Positions 24,790-32,993 of a stretch of 34,597 nucleotides of DNA are shown here, one piece after another. The stretch lies in IMG/VR virus record IMGVR_UViG_3300008255_000292, positions 1 to 34,597 of that record; one strand, written 5' to 3'. Under the pieces are notes generated by a model that worked only from the letters and a program-made list of their open reading frames with translations, was not told the origin of the DNA and searched no databases. The position numbers and the translations under genes were made by a program. Position 1 is the stretch's first letter. Each line of letters begins with the position of its first letter. This DNA comes from a virus (lineage: Duplodnaviria; Caudoviricetes).

Positions 24790-25319
24790 GCGTGCGGGAC
24801 ACCCAACGGCAGAAGCTCTACAACTGGGAGAGTGGGTTGCCTGACTCGGACGAACTCTCTCTCGACGAGTGCGAGACCCTCGCCCACGCCGCCTATGACG
24901 TGTACGGGGTTGTCTCCAAGCCCCGGATCAAGGATGGGCGCGGGACTACCTGGGCGCGCGGTTCCATGTCAACGATTAACCTGCCAAAGTGGGCACGGAC
25001 CAAGCGGACTGTTCTGCACGAGTCCGCCCACGGGATCGTGCAGCGCACTGTTCGCAGCGACGTTGCCGTGCACGGTGCAGAGTTTGTCGCCATCTACATC
25101 GAGCTCCTGGAACGGTTCAAAATTGGGCATGGTCCAGACTTGCGGCGGTCCGCACGCGCGGTCCATCTCAAGGTTGCACTCGACGCGGCCTGCAAACCTC
25201 CAGCGCCGCGAGCACTGAAAACATACCAGGCCGCGCTCGCGCGGGAGCGTGCTGCGAAGCGGGAATGGAAAGCGGCCAGCGCTGCTCTGGCCGAAGCACG
25301 GAACGGGCTTGGACGATGA
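24786..25319 (+). CDS. SprT-like zinc metallopeptidase-domain protein
   Basis: VLHESAH...HGAEF (HExxH + HG..F). Confidence 0.75.
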   Translation: MSVRDTQRQKLYNWESGLPDSDELSLDECETLAHAAYDVYGVVSKPRIKDGRGTTWARGSMSTINLPKWARTKRTVLHESAHGIVQRTVRSDVAVHGAEFVAIYIELLERFKIGHGPDLRRSARAVHLKVALDAACKPPAPRALKTYQAALARERAAKREWKAASAALAEARNGLGR

Positions 25320-25534
25320 GCACCCAACGCGTTGTCGTCTGCGACATGTGCAACATCAAGACGGGGCGTCCATTCCCGATGGCCGAGTACGGCGGGACTC
25401 GGCTGGCACGCGCAGCTCTGCGTGAACAGGGATGGAAATTCTACCGGGACAGCGCGCGGTCCACCCTCGCGGTGTGCAACGACTGCCAGACGCCAGCGGG
25501 ACCAGACCCAAGGCTCTTGGAGGTGTTCGAGTGA
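25316..25534 (+). CDS. small Zn-finger protein
   Basis: CDMC...AR..LR..GW......CNDC. Confidence 0.7.
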   Translation: MSTQRVVVCDMCNIKTGRPFPMAEYGGTRLARAALREQGWKFYRDSARSTLAVCNDCQTPAGPDPRLLEVFE

Positions 25535-25731
25535 CGAACGCCGAAGCTAACCGTCAAGCCAAGTTGATTGCCGCCGGATGGCTTCGGGGAACGTACGACG
25601 GTGGAGCCGAGAGTATGGAGTACGACGAAGACGGCAGACCGTACACCCTCTCCGATGTAGACAAAATCGCGTGTGCGATGGAACGGCTGATTCTTCGTTT
25701 GGAAAGGGAGGCTGGACTTAACCAAGTTTGA
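25531..25731 (+). CDS. hypothetical protein
   Basis: GGAGGT RBS; GTGA overlap. Confidence 0.65.
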   Translation: MTNAEANRQAKLIAAGWLRGTYDGGAESMEYDEDGRPYTLSDVDKIACAMERLILRLEREAGLNQV

Positions 25732-25733
25732 AA

Positions 25734-25842
25734 GATCGCGGCGGCGTGGCGGGACACGCGGGCACAATTCACGGGTGGAAACCTTCAGCGACAAGTACCC
25801 GTTGGAAACGGCATGACCTGGTTCGACTCCAGGCCGCGATCT
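25734..25842 (+). ncRNA. tRNA-like RNA with an enlarged non-canonical central region
   Basis: Acceptor GATCGCGG/CCGCGATC; D-like arm GCGTG-GCGGGA-CACGC; canonical T arm CCTGG-TTCGACT-CCAGG; 57-nt centre without a clear anticodon arm; no encoded CCA. Confidence 0.65.
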
Positions 25843-25845
25843 GAC

Positions 25846-25917
25846 CGTACAGGTGGGGGCGAGGGGGCATCTTGACCTCCTTCAATGTCCGATTTAACCC
25901 TCGCTCTCGCCTGTACG
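25846..25917 (+). ncRNA. long hairpin presenting an anti-Shine-Dalgarno loop (candidate sRNA)
   Basis: About 19-bp outer stem with three G-U pairs; 6-bp inner stem; loop CTTGACCTCCTTCA. Confidence 0.55.
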
Positions 25918-25938
25918 TTCAATCACACGGAGGCAATC

Positions 25939-26130
25939 ATGCAACCCAGACCCTTACCCGTTGACACCAACCATCCGTTCTACCCGATCGTGCCTGGTGG
26001 CGTGGGCTACGGCGACGCCATCGACCGCTGTTTCACTTGCAACGAAACGCTGGCGAACCACGAGAGAGAGGGCAAGGATCTCGTGCGCCTGTACACCGAG
26101 CCGAAGCGCGGGATGTCTTCGCGCATATAA
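25939..26130 (+). CDS. small hypothetical protein
   Basis: GGAGG RBS; H.F...CFTC.....H. Confidence 0.65.
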   Translation: MQPRPLPVDTNHPFYPIVPGGVGYGDAIDRCFTCNETLANHEREGKDLVRLYTEPKRGMSSRI

Positions 26131-26161
26131 CTTGACCGGCTGACCTCTTCCGCGTCACGCT
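26128..26161 (+). promoter_or_regulatory. variant TAACTTGAC promoter for a probably leaderless protease/capsid transcript
   Basis: TTGACC(26132)-N18-CACGCT(26156); GTG start 7 nt later; no SD. Confidence 0.45.
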
Positions 26162-26168
26162 ACGGGGT

Positions 26169-28343
26169 GTGACTGACTACGCCGAGAAAGCAGCAAACCA
26201 CACGGGCGTAATGGTCGCCCTCTATCCGAGCCCGGACGACGCGAAGCACCTCGCGCTCGATCCGGGCTCTTTGTTTCCCGAAATAGAACCGGCGGAACAA
26301 CTGCACGTCACCCTCGGGTACTATGGCAAAGCGGACGAGCTGTCCCCCGGTGACATAGATACGCTGCGCGCAGCGTGCAAAGTGACGACTGAGAATGTCA
26401 GCCCTCCGATGGTCGCAGTCGGGGGTGACACGCGGTTCTCATCCCCTCCGGGCGAACCCGATCCCTACGTCCTCCAGATGGACTCCCCAGTGCTGCATCG
26501 CATCCACGAGATTCTCTGTAGCTATGGCGGGCCATCGCCACGGCAGGATCACGGCTACATGCCTCACATGACCCTGGCCTATTTGCCCAAAGACATGCCG
26601 CTCACGATCAAGTCGCGCGAGCGAGAGACCATCACCTTCGACGGATTGACCCTTGTGGTTGCTGACGTTCGTACTGAGTTCCCGTTCGCTTCACGTGAGG
26701 AAACAACCGCGCCGGGTCCGATGGCTCCTGAAGTGGCAGTCATGCGCACCAAACTTGACGGGGCTGCGGAAGTTGCCGATCGTAACAGTGTTCCCGACCG
26801 AGCAGTCCCACGCACGGAAGAGGACATGGAAGATCTCCACGAGAAGGCTGTCTGGGCGACGGCGGTTGTAAACGACCTGCCTGACTCCGCTTTCCTGTTC
26901 ATTCAGGACGGCGGTACGAAGGATCAGGACGGGAAAACAACGCCTCGATCCAACCGCCATTTTCCGGTCCGAGATGCCGACGGCAAGGTCGACCTGCCCC
27001 ATCTGCGGAATGCGCTTGCACGTATCCCGCAGTCAACCGCCCCTGGCGTAGACGTCGAAGCTCTGCAGAAGCGCGCCCGCGCGTTGCTGGAGAAGGAGAC
27101 GCAAACGCAGAAAACGGGTAAGCGGATGGCTGGCGGCATGCTGAGCACGCTGTCAAATGCCATTTCGTCTCTGACCGGGCTTCTGTCGTGGGCCAAGTAC
27201 GCGGACGAGGAAGGGAAAGAGAATGACGAAGAGGACACGATGAAGGACGCCGCCGATACCGTCGGCACCTCGTTCAACGTGTACAAAGCGTCGGACGGCT
27301 CTACTCGTTGGCTATCCTATTCGTCTAACGGGTTCAAGGACCGGGAAGGCGAGATCGTTTCGACGAAAGCTCTTGAGGACGCGGTTGCACTCGCGGACGT
27401 TACCGAAGACAAGGGACCGCTACGGCTGTTCCACGTCAAAGGTGCGGACGTTGGCCGCTGTGACTTCCAGGCAGTCGAGGGCCGGTTCCTCGTCGAGTCC
27501 GGTACATTCGACGACACTCCGATGGCACAGAAGGCGAAGGAATACTTCCAACATCCGGAAGAGCCGCTCGGAGTCAGCATTGGGTTCGTTTACCCCGAAT
27601 CCCAGTTCGACGGTGGCGTGTACAACCGGATTCGCATAATCGAGCGATCCGTCTGTCCGCTTGCCGCCGCCGCGAATCCATGGACGTCGTTCCAGACGTC
27701 GAAAGGAACACAAATGGACGAGGCGAAGAAGGCGTGGCTGAGCAAGATGTTCGGCGACGACCTTGCGACTCATCTGGTCTCTAGCGCTGCGGGTGCAACA
27801 AAAGAGCTTGAGGGCTCTGTTGCATTCAAGGCAACCGAGGCCGATCTCGAGATCGAGAAGGGTCTCATCGAGGTCAAAGCTGTCATTGACAAGATGCCAG
27901 ATGGCCCGATGAAGAACGCGCTGAACGCAGCGTGCGACTCAACAGGTACGAAAGAACTCGAAGAGAAGACCGACGACGTCGTGATGGAACAGGACGCACC
28001 CGCCTCGGCGGACGTGCCCGCGCCCGTCATGAGCGGAGAGGTACTCGCCGAGACCCTGATTGCCGCTCTTCAGCCCTTCACCGAGAACGTCGAGAAGACG
28101 CTCGAGAAGGTAGCTGAGGATTTCAATGCCCTTGCGGAGCGGATGGCCGCTCTTGAGGTGTCAGACGACGAACGCATGGCCGCGAAAGCTGCACCACGCG
28201 GATCGGGCGTTTTCCGGGCCACTGAGTCCAGTGGCAACGTGCTCGACGGGGCGAAGGCGAAGGAGCTGCTCGGCGTGACTGACCAGCCCGTCAACCACGT
28301 CGCCCCGTACATCCAAGACCTCCTGAAAGGCGTCGCCCGATGA
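26169..28343 (+). CDS. multidomain prohead protease/scaffold with N-terminal 2H phosphoesterase
   Basis: HVTL/HMTL 2H motifs; LPDSAF...R.FP..D.....HLRNALAR domain; protease-like D.EGEIVS...L.FH...VG...GVSIGF...E.S; acidic coiled-coil tail; immediately upstream of the capsid gene. Confidence 0.82.
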   Translation: MTDYAEKAANHTGVMVALYPSPDDAKHLALDPGSLFPEIEPAEQLHVTLGYYGKADELSPGDIDTLRAACKVTTENVSPPMVAVGGDTRFSSPPGEPDPYVLQMDSPVLHRIHEILCSYGGPSPRQDHGYMPHMTLAYLPKDMPLTIKSRERETITFDGLTLVVADVRTEFPFASREETTAPGPMAPEVAVMRTKLDGAAEVADRNSVPDRAVPRTEEDMEDLHEKAVWATAVVNDLPDSAFLFIQDGGTKDQDGKTTPRSNRHFPVRDADGKVDLPHLRNALARIPQSTAPGVDVEALQKRARALLEKETQTQKTGKRMAGGMLSTLSNAISSLTGLLSWAKYADEEGKENDEEDTMKDAADTVGTSFNVYKASDGSTRWLSYSSNGFKDREGEIVSTKALEDAVALADVTEDKGPLRLFHVKGADVGRCDFQAVEGRFLVESGTFDDTPMAQKAKEYFQHPEEPLGVSIGFVYPESQFDGGVYNRIRIIERSVCPLAAAANPWTSFQTSKGTQMDEAKKAWLSKMFGDDLATHLVSSAAGATKELEGSVAFKATEADLEIEKGLIEVKAVIDKMPDGPMKNALNAACDSTGTKELEEKTDDVVMEQDAPASADVPAPVMSGEVLAETLIAALQPFTENVEKTLEKVAEDFNALAERMAALEVSDDERMAAKAAPRGSGVFRATESSGNVLDGAKAKELLGVTDQPVNHVAPYIQDLLKGVAR

Positions 28344-29794
28344 CCGACATTCTCCAGCAACTTGCCGAGGCGCTCATGCCTGTCATGGAGAGCCAGAAGG
28401 CGCGGCGATACGGTATCGCGTACAAACACGATACCGCCAGTGCTACTCCCGGTGCGGTGTATTCGCACGGTCCGGGCGGTATGCTCACGTTCCCCGGCGT
28501 CGATCCCGCTGTCTTCAGTGCAACGATGGGGAACACCAGCATCCTCGGTGAGCTCCCAGCTTCGCCGAGCCTGTACACGAACCCGACGTACCTGACCATC
28601 ACTGGTGTCAGGGACATTACCGGGGCCGAGAAGGATGGCGTGTGCGACAACGCACCGACCGCAGGTTTGATGAAGTCGTGCATGGCCACGAGCGTCTTCG
28701 GGCGCTACGAGCGTGCTACCCCGGTCATCGAACTGAACCGGCTTGGGGCACGCGTTGACCGCGCCGATCCCATCGACCTCCGTCTCATCGGCTCGCCGCT
28801 GGCAACCGCTGGTCCGTTCGCGGGGCCGAATGCCGATGTCAACGGCGCACCTGGCGACCTGCTGACCAACGAAGTCAGCCGGAAGTTCTGGGAGCGCAAC
28901 GTCTCCATGTACCGCCTTCTGTCCGGTCAGATATGGACTGGCAACCCGACCAACAACTCGGCTGGCGGCGGTTACAAGGAGATGACCGGCCTCGCCCAAC
29001 TGGTCAATACCGGGTATGCCGACGCCGAGACCGGCGTTGTTTGCCCGGCGGTTGACTCGTACGTGCGCTCCTTCGCCTACGGAAACGTCGTTGACGACGC
29101 GACAAACCTTGTCGCGGCTCTCACCGACATGTTCTGGCAGGTGAAGAACCGCGCCGATCGCTCAGGCGTCCAGCCCGTGCGCTGGGCGTGGGCAATGCGC
29201 TCGCAGATGTTCTACGAGATCACCTCCGTGTGGCCTTGCACGTACTTGTCCTACAGGTGCGCACCGGGCACGAACATGGAGGGCCAGATCGACGCAGCAG
29301 ATGCCGTCCGGTTCCGCGACGAAATGCGGGCTGGTAAGTACCTGATGCTCGACGGCATCCGGGTAGACGTCATCCTCGACGACAATATCCCGGAGACCTC
29401 GAACACGGACAACGCGAACGTCACCTCCGGGTGCTTCGCGACCGACATCTACCTCCTGCCGTTCTCGGTGGTTGGCGGGCAGTCGGTCCTGTTCCTTGAG
29501 TACTTCCAGTACCAGAACCCGAGCATCCAAGAGGCCCTCGGGAACATGATCCTGGGCCGTATCGAAGGTGCATTCTTGAGCTGGCCTCGCCAGACCAATC
29601 AATGTATCGAATGGCAGACGAAGATCGAGCCCCGGCTCGTCCTGCGTACGCCATGGCTCGCTGCACGCCTCCAGAACGTCCAGTACTGCCCGATCCAGCA
29701 CCAGCGGGATCAGAACCCGACCGATCCGTACTTCGTGAACGGCGGCGGAAGTTCTCGCTCCGGGCCAAGCTACTACTCGATATGGCAATCCTAG
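28340..29794 (+). CDS. major capsid protein
   Basis: 484 aa after protease/scaffold; IWTGNP...EMTGL..L and IRVDVILDDNIP...DIYLL fit an HK97-type fold; followed by a strong terminator. Confidence 0.8.
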   Translation: MTDILQQLAEALMPVMESQKARRYGIAYKHDTASATPGAVYSHGPGGMLTFPGVDPAVFSATMGNTSILGELPASPSLYTNPTYLTITGVRDITGAEKDGVCDNAPTAGLMKSCMATSVFGRYERATPVIELNRLGARVDRADPIDLRLIGSPLATAGPFAGPNADVNGAPGDLLTNEVSRKFWERNVSMYRLLSGQIWTGNPTNNSAGGGYKEMTGLAQLVNTGYADAETGVVCPAVDSYVRSFAYGNVVDDATNLVAALTDMFWQVKNRADRSGVQPVRWAWAMRSQMFYEITSVWPCTYLSYRCAPGTNMEGQIDAADAVRFRDEMRAGKYLMLDGIRVDVILDDNIPETSNTDNANVTSGCFATDIYLLPFSVVGGQSVLFLEYFQYQNPSIQEALGNMILGRIEGAFLSWPRQTNQCIEWQTKIEPRLVLRTPWLAARLQNVQYCPIQHQRDQNPTDPYFVNGGGSSRSGPSYYSIWQS

Positions 29795-29819
29795 TCCGCT
29801 AGGATTTCCTACAGAAAAG

Positions 29820-29852
29820 CGAAAGGCCTCCGGCAACGGGGGCCTTTTCGTT
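29820..29852 (+). terminator. intrinsic terminator after the capsid gene
   Basis: AAAGGCCTCCG-GCAA-CGGGGGCCTTTT; a second hairpin AATCCTAG-TCCG-CTAGGATT overlaps the stop. Confidence 0.75.
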
Positions 29853-29870
29853 GCCTCACGCCGTTGCACT

Positions 29871-29903
29871 TGACTTGACGATCTTGTGCGTTGACACTAT
29901 CCA
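29871..29903 (+). promoter_or_regulatory. TGACTTGAC motif, copy 12, heading the glycan operon
   Basis: Exact motif at 29871; -10 uncertain (TATCCA at 17-nt spacing). Confidence 0.55.
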
Positions 29904-29919
29904 GAACGGAGAGGTGCAA

Positions 29920-30894
29920 ATGGCGTCACTCAGCGCGCGGCAGAATATCCTTCTTACAGGTGGGGCGGGGTTCTTGGGGCGAGGAATTCTCCGCTACCTT
30001 GAAAACTCCAAGTCACCCGCCAACGTCACCATTTACTCACGAGATGAGTTGAAGCATTACAAGGTCAAGCAGCGGTTTCCACACGTGCGCACCGTCCTCG
30101 GTGACGTGCGCGACCTTGACCGTCTGACAGCAGTCATGGCGGGTCACGACCTTGTACTTCACGCGGCTGCGCTGAAACACATCCCGGAAGCCGAGCGTGA
30201 CGTAGCTGAGGCGATTGCCGTCAACGTCATCGGTTCGCAGAACGTCGCCTACGCCGCCCTGCGCACAGGCGTTAAGGACGTTGTCGGCATCTCCACCGAC
30301 AAGACGTGTTCGCCCAGAAACTCATATGGTGCGACTAAGATGCTGATGGAGCGCCTGTTCCAAGAGGCGGGGCGGCTGTCAGACACGCGCTTCACCTGCG
30401 TCCGTTATGGGAACGTCGTCTCGTCTACCGGGTCCGTGGTTCCCCTGTTCCGTGAACAGATTCGGCGTGATGGCGAGGTCACTATCACGAGTCGGGCAAT
30501 GACTCGGTTCTGGATCAGCATCGACGACGCTGTTGCCTTGATTGACAAGGCGGCTACCGATACCTCACGCCGAGGTTACACCTACGTTGCCCGGTGTGCA
30601 GGGATGAGCATCGTCAACGTCGCCCAAGCCGTCTGGCAGCTCGAGGGGCGCACCGGGCCGGTCAAGTATCGAATCATTGGCACACGACCCGGCGAGAAGC
30701 TGCACGAGGTTTTGGTGGACGCCTACGAAGCGCCCTACGCCATGGAGGATGGGCCATACGTCCTGATTCCACCAGCTATGGGACTGGCGGGCGAGGGGAG
30801 TTCCGGCGTGATGCCGTACGAGTCCTCGCTCCCGGTACGCAACCTCGAGCCAGACGAGTTCGCGGCGCTTGTTCGCGATGCTGACTCCGTATGA
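29920..30894 (+). CDS. UDP-GlcNAc 4,6-dehydratase-like SDR (PseB/CapD family)
   Basis: TGGAGFLG, SRDELK, HAAALKH.P, STDK, YGATK, RYGNV..S.GSV, RPGEKLHE; GGAGAGG RBS. Confidence 0.9.
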   Translation: MASLSARQNILLTGGAGFLGRGILRYLENSKSPANVTIYSRDELKHYKVKQRFPHVRTVLGDVRDLDRLTAVMAGHDLVLHAAALKHIPEAERDVAEAIAVNVIGSQNVAYAALRTGVKDVVGISTDKTCSPRNSYGATKMLMERLFQEAGRLSDTRFTCVRYGNVVSSTGSVVPLFREQIRRDGEVTITSRAMTRFWISIDDAVALIDKAATDTSRRGYTYVARCAGMSIVNVAQAVWQLEGRTGPVKYRIIGTRPGEKLHEVLVDAYEAPYAMEDGPYVLIPPAMGLAGEGSSGVMPYESSLPVRNLEPDEFAALVRDADSV

Positions 30895-31577
30895 GCCGTC
30901 TGGCCATCGTCCTGTTGACTTATACGGATGACACGCACGGCCCTCGTGCTGAGTATGCTCACCGGACGTTGCGCTCGGCGCTCGACAACGTTGTCACATC
31001 CTGCGATATTTCGGTTCACATCGCTGACGACGGCTCGCCAGAAGAGCACCGTCAGGCGTTGATACACCTTGCTGGAGGATATGCACACGTCCGTGGAATC
31101 TCGGTCACTAACGCGCAACGTGGGGGCTACGGCAGGTCATACAATCTCGCAACTCAAACCGTTCACAGGCACGTCGACTATGTACTCCCGCTCGAGGATG
31201 ACTGGGTTCTCGAAGCTCCGCTAAATATTGATCCATACCTTGCTGCGATGTCCGCGCCGAACGGTCCAGGTTGCATTCGTCTCGGATACATCGGTATGAC
31301 GCAAGAGCTACGCGGGTTGCTCGTCCCGTTCGCAGGCAATATGTACCTCATGTTCGATCCCGACAGCCCCGAACCACACGTCTTCGCCGGGCATCCGCGT
31401 CTCGAGACGGTGGCGTGGGAGCGCCGGGTAGGTCCGTGGCCGGAGGGGGTATCGGCGGGCACGACCGAGTTCCTCGTCGCGCACAAACGCGAAGCGCGCG
31501 AGCGCGTAGCATGGCCCATGAATCGTGGGCCGTTTGCGCACGTCGGCACAGTCCAAGCAAGAACGGATCAACAATGA
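30891..31577 (+). CDS. GT2 glycosyltransferase
   Basis: IADDGS, G...SYN, LEDDW, HVG. Confidence 0.85.
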   Translation: MSRLAIVLLTYTDDTHGPRAEYAHRTLRSALDNVVTSCDISVHIADDGSPEEHRQALIHLAGGYAHVRGISVTNAQRGGYGRSYNLATQTVHRHVDYVLPLEDDWVLEAPLNIDPYLAAMSAPNGPGCIRLGYIGMTQELRGLLVPFAGNMYLMFDPDSPEPHVFAGHPRLETVAWERRVGPWPEGVSAGTTEFLVAHKREARERVAWPMNRGPFAHVGTVQARTDQQ

Positions 31578-32365
31578 GGGCTGCTTGGGTATTCGGAGTC
31601 ACTGGTATGTTGGGGAAGCGGGTGTGCGCGCAGGTGGAGGCACGTGGTATCCCCGTCGTGGGGTTCGGTCACAGCCGCGATATCGCAAACGGTACGCACG
31701 TTGTTGATGCGTTGGCCCAAGCGCAACCGAAAGACGTCGTGATCAACTGCGCCGGGCTCATTCCCCTACGTGGCAGTCCCGCGATAGACGAGATTGCGAC
31801 GAATGCCCTCGGTCCGCACGTTATCGGGGCAGTATGCAGAGCTAAGAATCTGCGGATGGTGCAGGTGTCCACCGACTGCGTATTCAACGGAAACAAGTCG
31901 GGCGTCAAAGGACGGCTCAAAACTCCCGATGCCGTTGACCTCTACGGGCGCACAAAGGCGATTGGCGAGGTTGGAGATCTCATCATTCGTACGTCGTTCG
32001 TCGGACCGGAGCACGGTCTATGGCAAGAGGTGTTCGCTGCAACCGGGCCACTGTATGGATACACGGACTGGCTATGGTCTGGGTCTACGGTATGGGATGT
32101 GGCTGCGAGTGTTGTCGATGTCGCGTTGTCGAACAAGCGGGGCATTGTACATCTCGCGACCAAGGAACCTATCTCCAAGTTCGCCGTCGTTTCTATACTC
32201 AACCGGATGGCGGATACCCGTCCGCCGGTCAAGGTAGTATCGGTGGGTGGCGATCAGACTGGTTGGAACGACCGTTCTATGAAACCGAATGTCGTGCTGA
32301 GACCGTTTGAGGAGGCAATGCTTGGTTGGTATCAACGTGACCGTAGCGATCCCTGTTGGACCTGA
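31574..32365 (+). CDS. RmlD-like NDP-sugar reductase
   Basis: GVTGMLG, VINCAG, STDCVF.G, YGRTK..GE, IRTS; start moved from 31271. Confidence 0.85.
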   Translation: MRAAWVFGVTGMLGKRVCAQVEARGIPVVGFGHSRDIANGTHVVDALAQAQPKDVVINCAGLIPLRGSPAIDEIATNALGPHVIGAVCRAKNLRMVQVSTDCVFNGNKSGVKGRLKTPDAVDLYGRTKAIGEVGDLIIRTSFVGPEHGLWQEVFAATGPLYGYTDWLWSGSTVWDVAASVVDVALSNKRGIVHLATKEPISKFAVVSILNRMADTRPPVKVVSVGGDQTGWNDRSMKPNVVLRPFEEAMLGWYQRDRSDPCWT

Positions 32366-32993
32366 AAAACGCCACGCTGCCTATCTGGATGAGGCGCTGG
32401 AAAGTGTCTATCGGCAGACCGTTCAGCCATTTCTTGTCATAGTCGACGACATGCACGGTCTACCGCAGGGCTACGGCGGCGCTCGCGTATGGCACGCTCC
32501 GTGGCGTCTGGGTGTTCCGGCTGCGTTCAACGCTGGCGTCGCGCTCGCGCCTAGCGAGTTCGTTCTGATGATGGGAGCGGACGACACGCTGGAACCGGAC
32601 TGTATTGAGCGTGTTGTGGGAGCGATCGAGCGTGTCGGTGAAGGGGCGTGCAAACGTGGAATGCTATATTTGCCGTTGCGCTACATGGACACGAGCGAGG
32701 AGCAGTCGCTAGCCTGCAACGCCGCTGTTGTCAGTAAGACTCTCTGGCGTAACACGGGTGGGTTCGCACCGGAAACCGCCGTCGGTGCCTGCGATACGAT
32801 GTTCGTTACGTTACTGATGGCACATCCGGAAGCCGGAGAGATTTATCCGGTGGGAGGGAAGCCACTGTACAACTATCGTCGCCATGCCGAAACAGATACA
32901 GCCAGTCGAGGTGCCTGGCAAGGGCTAATTTTTACTGCTCGCGACTTGCTCGCTCGAGAATGGAAGCAGCCAAACTGGGGAAGATACGCGTGA
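32307..32993 (+). CDS. GT2 glycosyltransferase
   Basis: VTVAIP, L.SV..QT, IVDD, A.NAGV, GADD, Y.YRRH; exact start uncertain. Confidence 0.82.
   Translation: MRRQCLVGINVTVAIPVGPEKRHAAYLDEALESVYRQTVQPFLVIVDDMHGLPQGYGGARVWHAPWRLGVPAAFNAGVALAPSEFVLMMGADDTLEPDCIERVVGAIERVGEGACKRGMLYLPLRYMDTSEEQSLACNAAVVSKTLWRNTGGFAPETAVGACDTMFVTLLMAHPEAGEIYPVGGKPLYNYRRHAETDTASRGAWQGLIFTARDLLAREWKQPNWGRYA

Noticed and set aside
25734-25842. Selenocysteine tRNA (long acceptor stem, CTTCA in the centre)
   Set aside because: The TCA at 25785-25787 is not closed by an anticodon stem and the centre is too long; kept only as tRNA-like
25769-25870. 33-aa minus-strand ORF with a perfect GAAGGAGG RBS
   Set aside because: Not annotated as a CDS: it runs antisense through the tRNA-like element, has no well-spaced promoter, and G-U pairs favour + strand RNA structure; kept as an alternative in the findings
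4333-29880. TGACTTGAC repeats as a CRISPR array or classical integron attC sites
   Set aside because: Repeats are 9-15 nt, irregularly spaced hundreds to thousands of nt apart, with no attC-type inverted structure and no cas or integrase gene in the window
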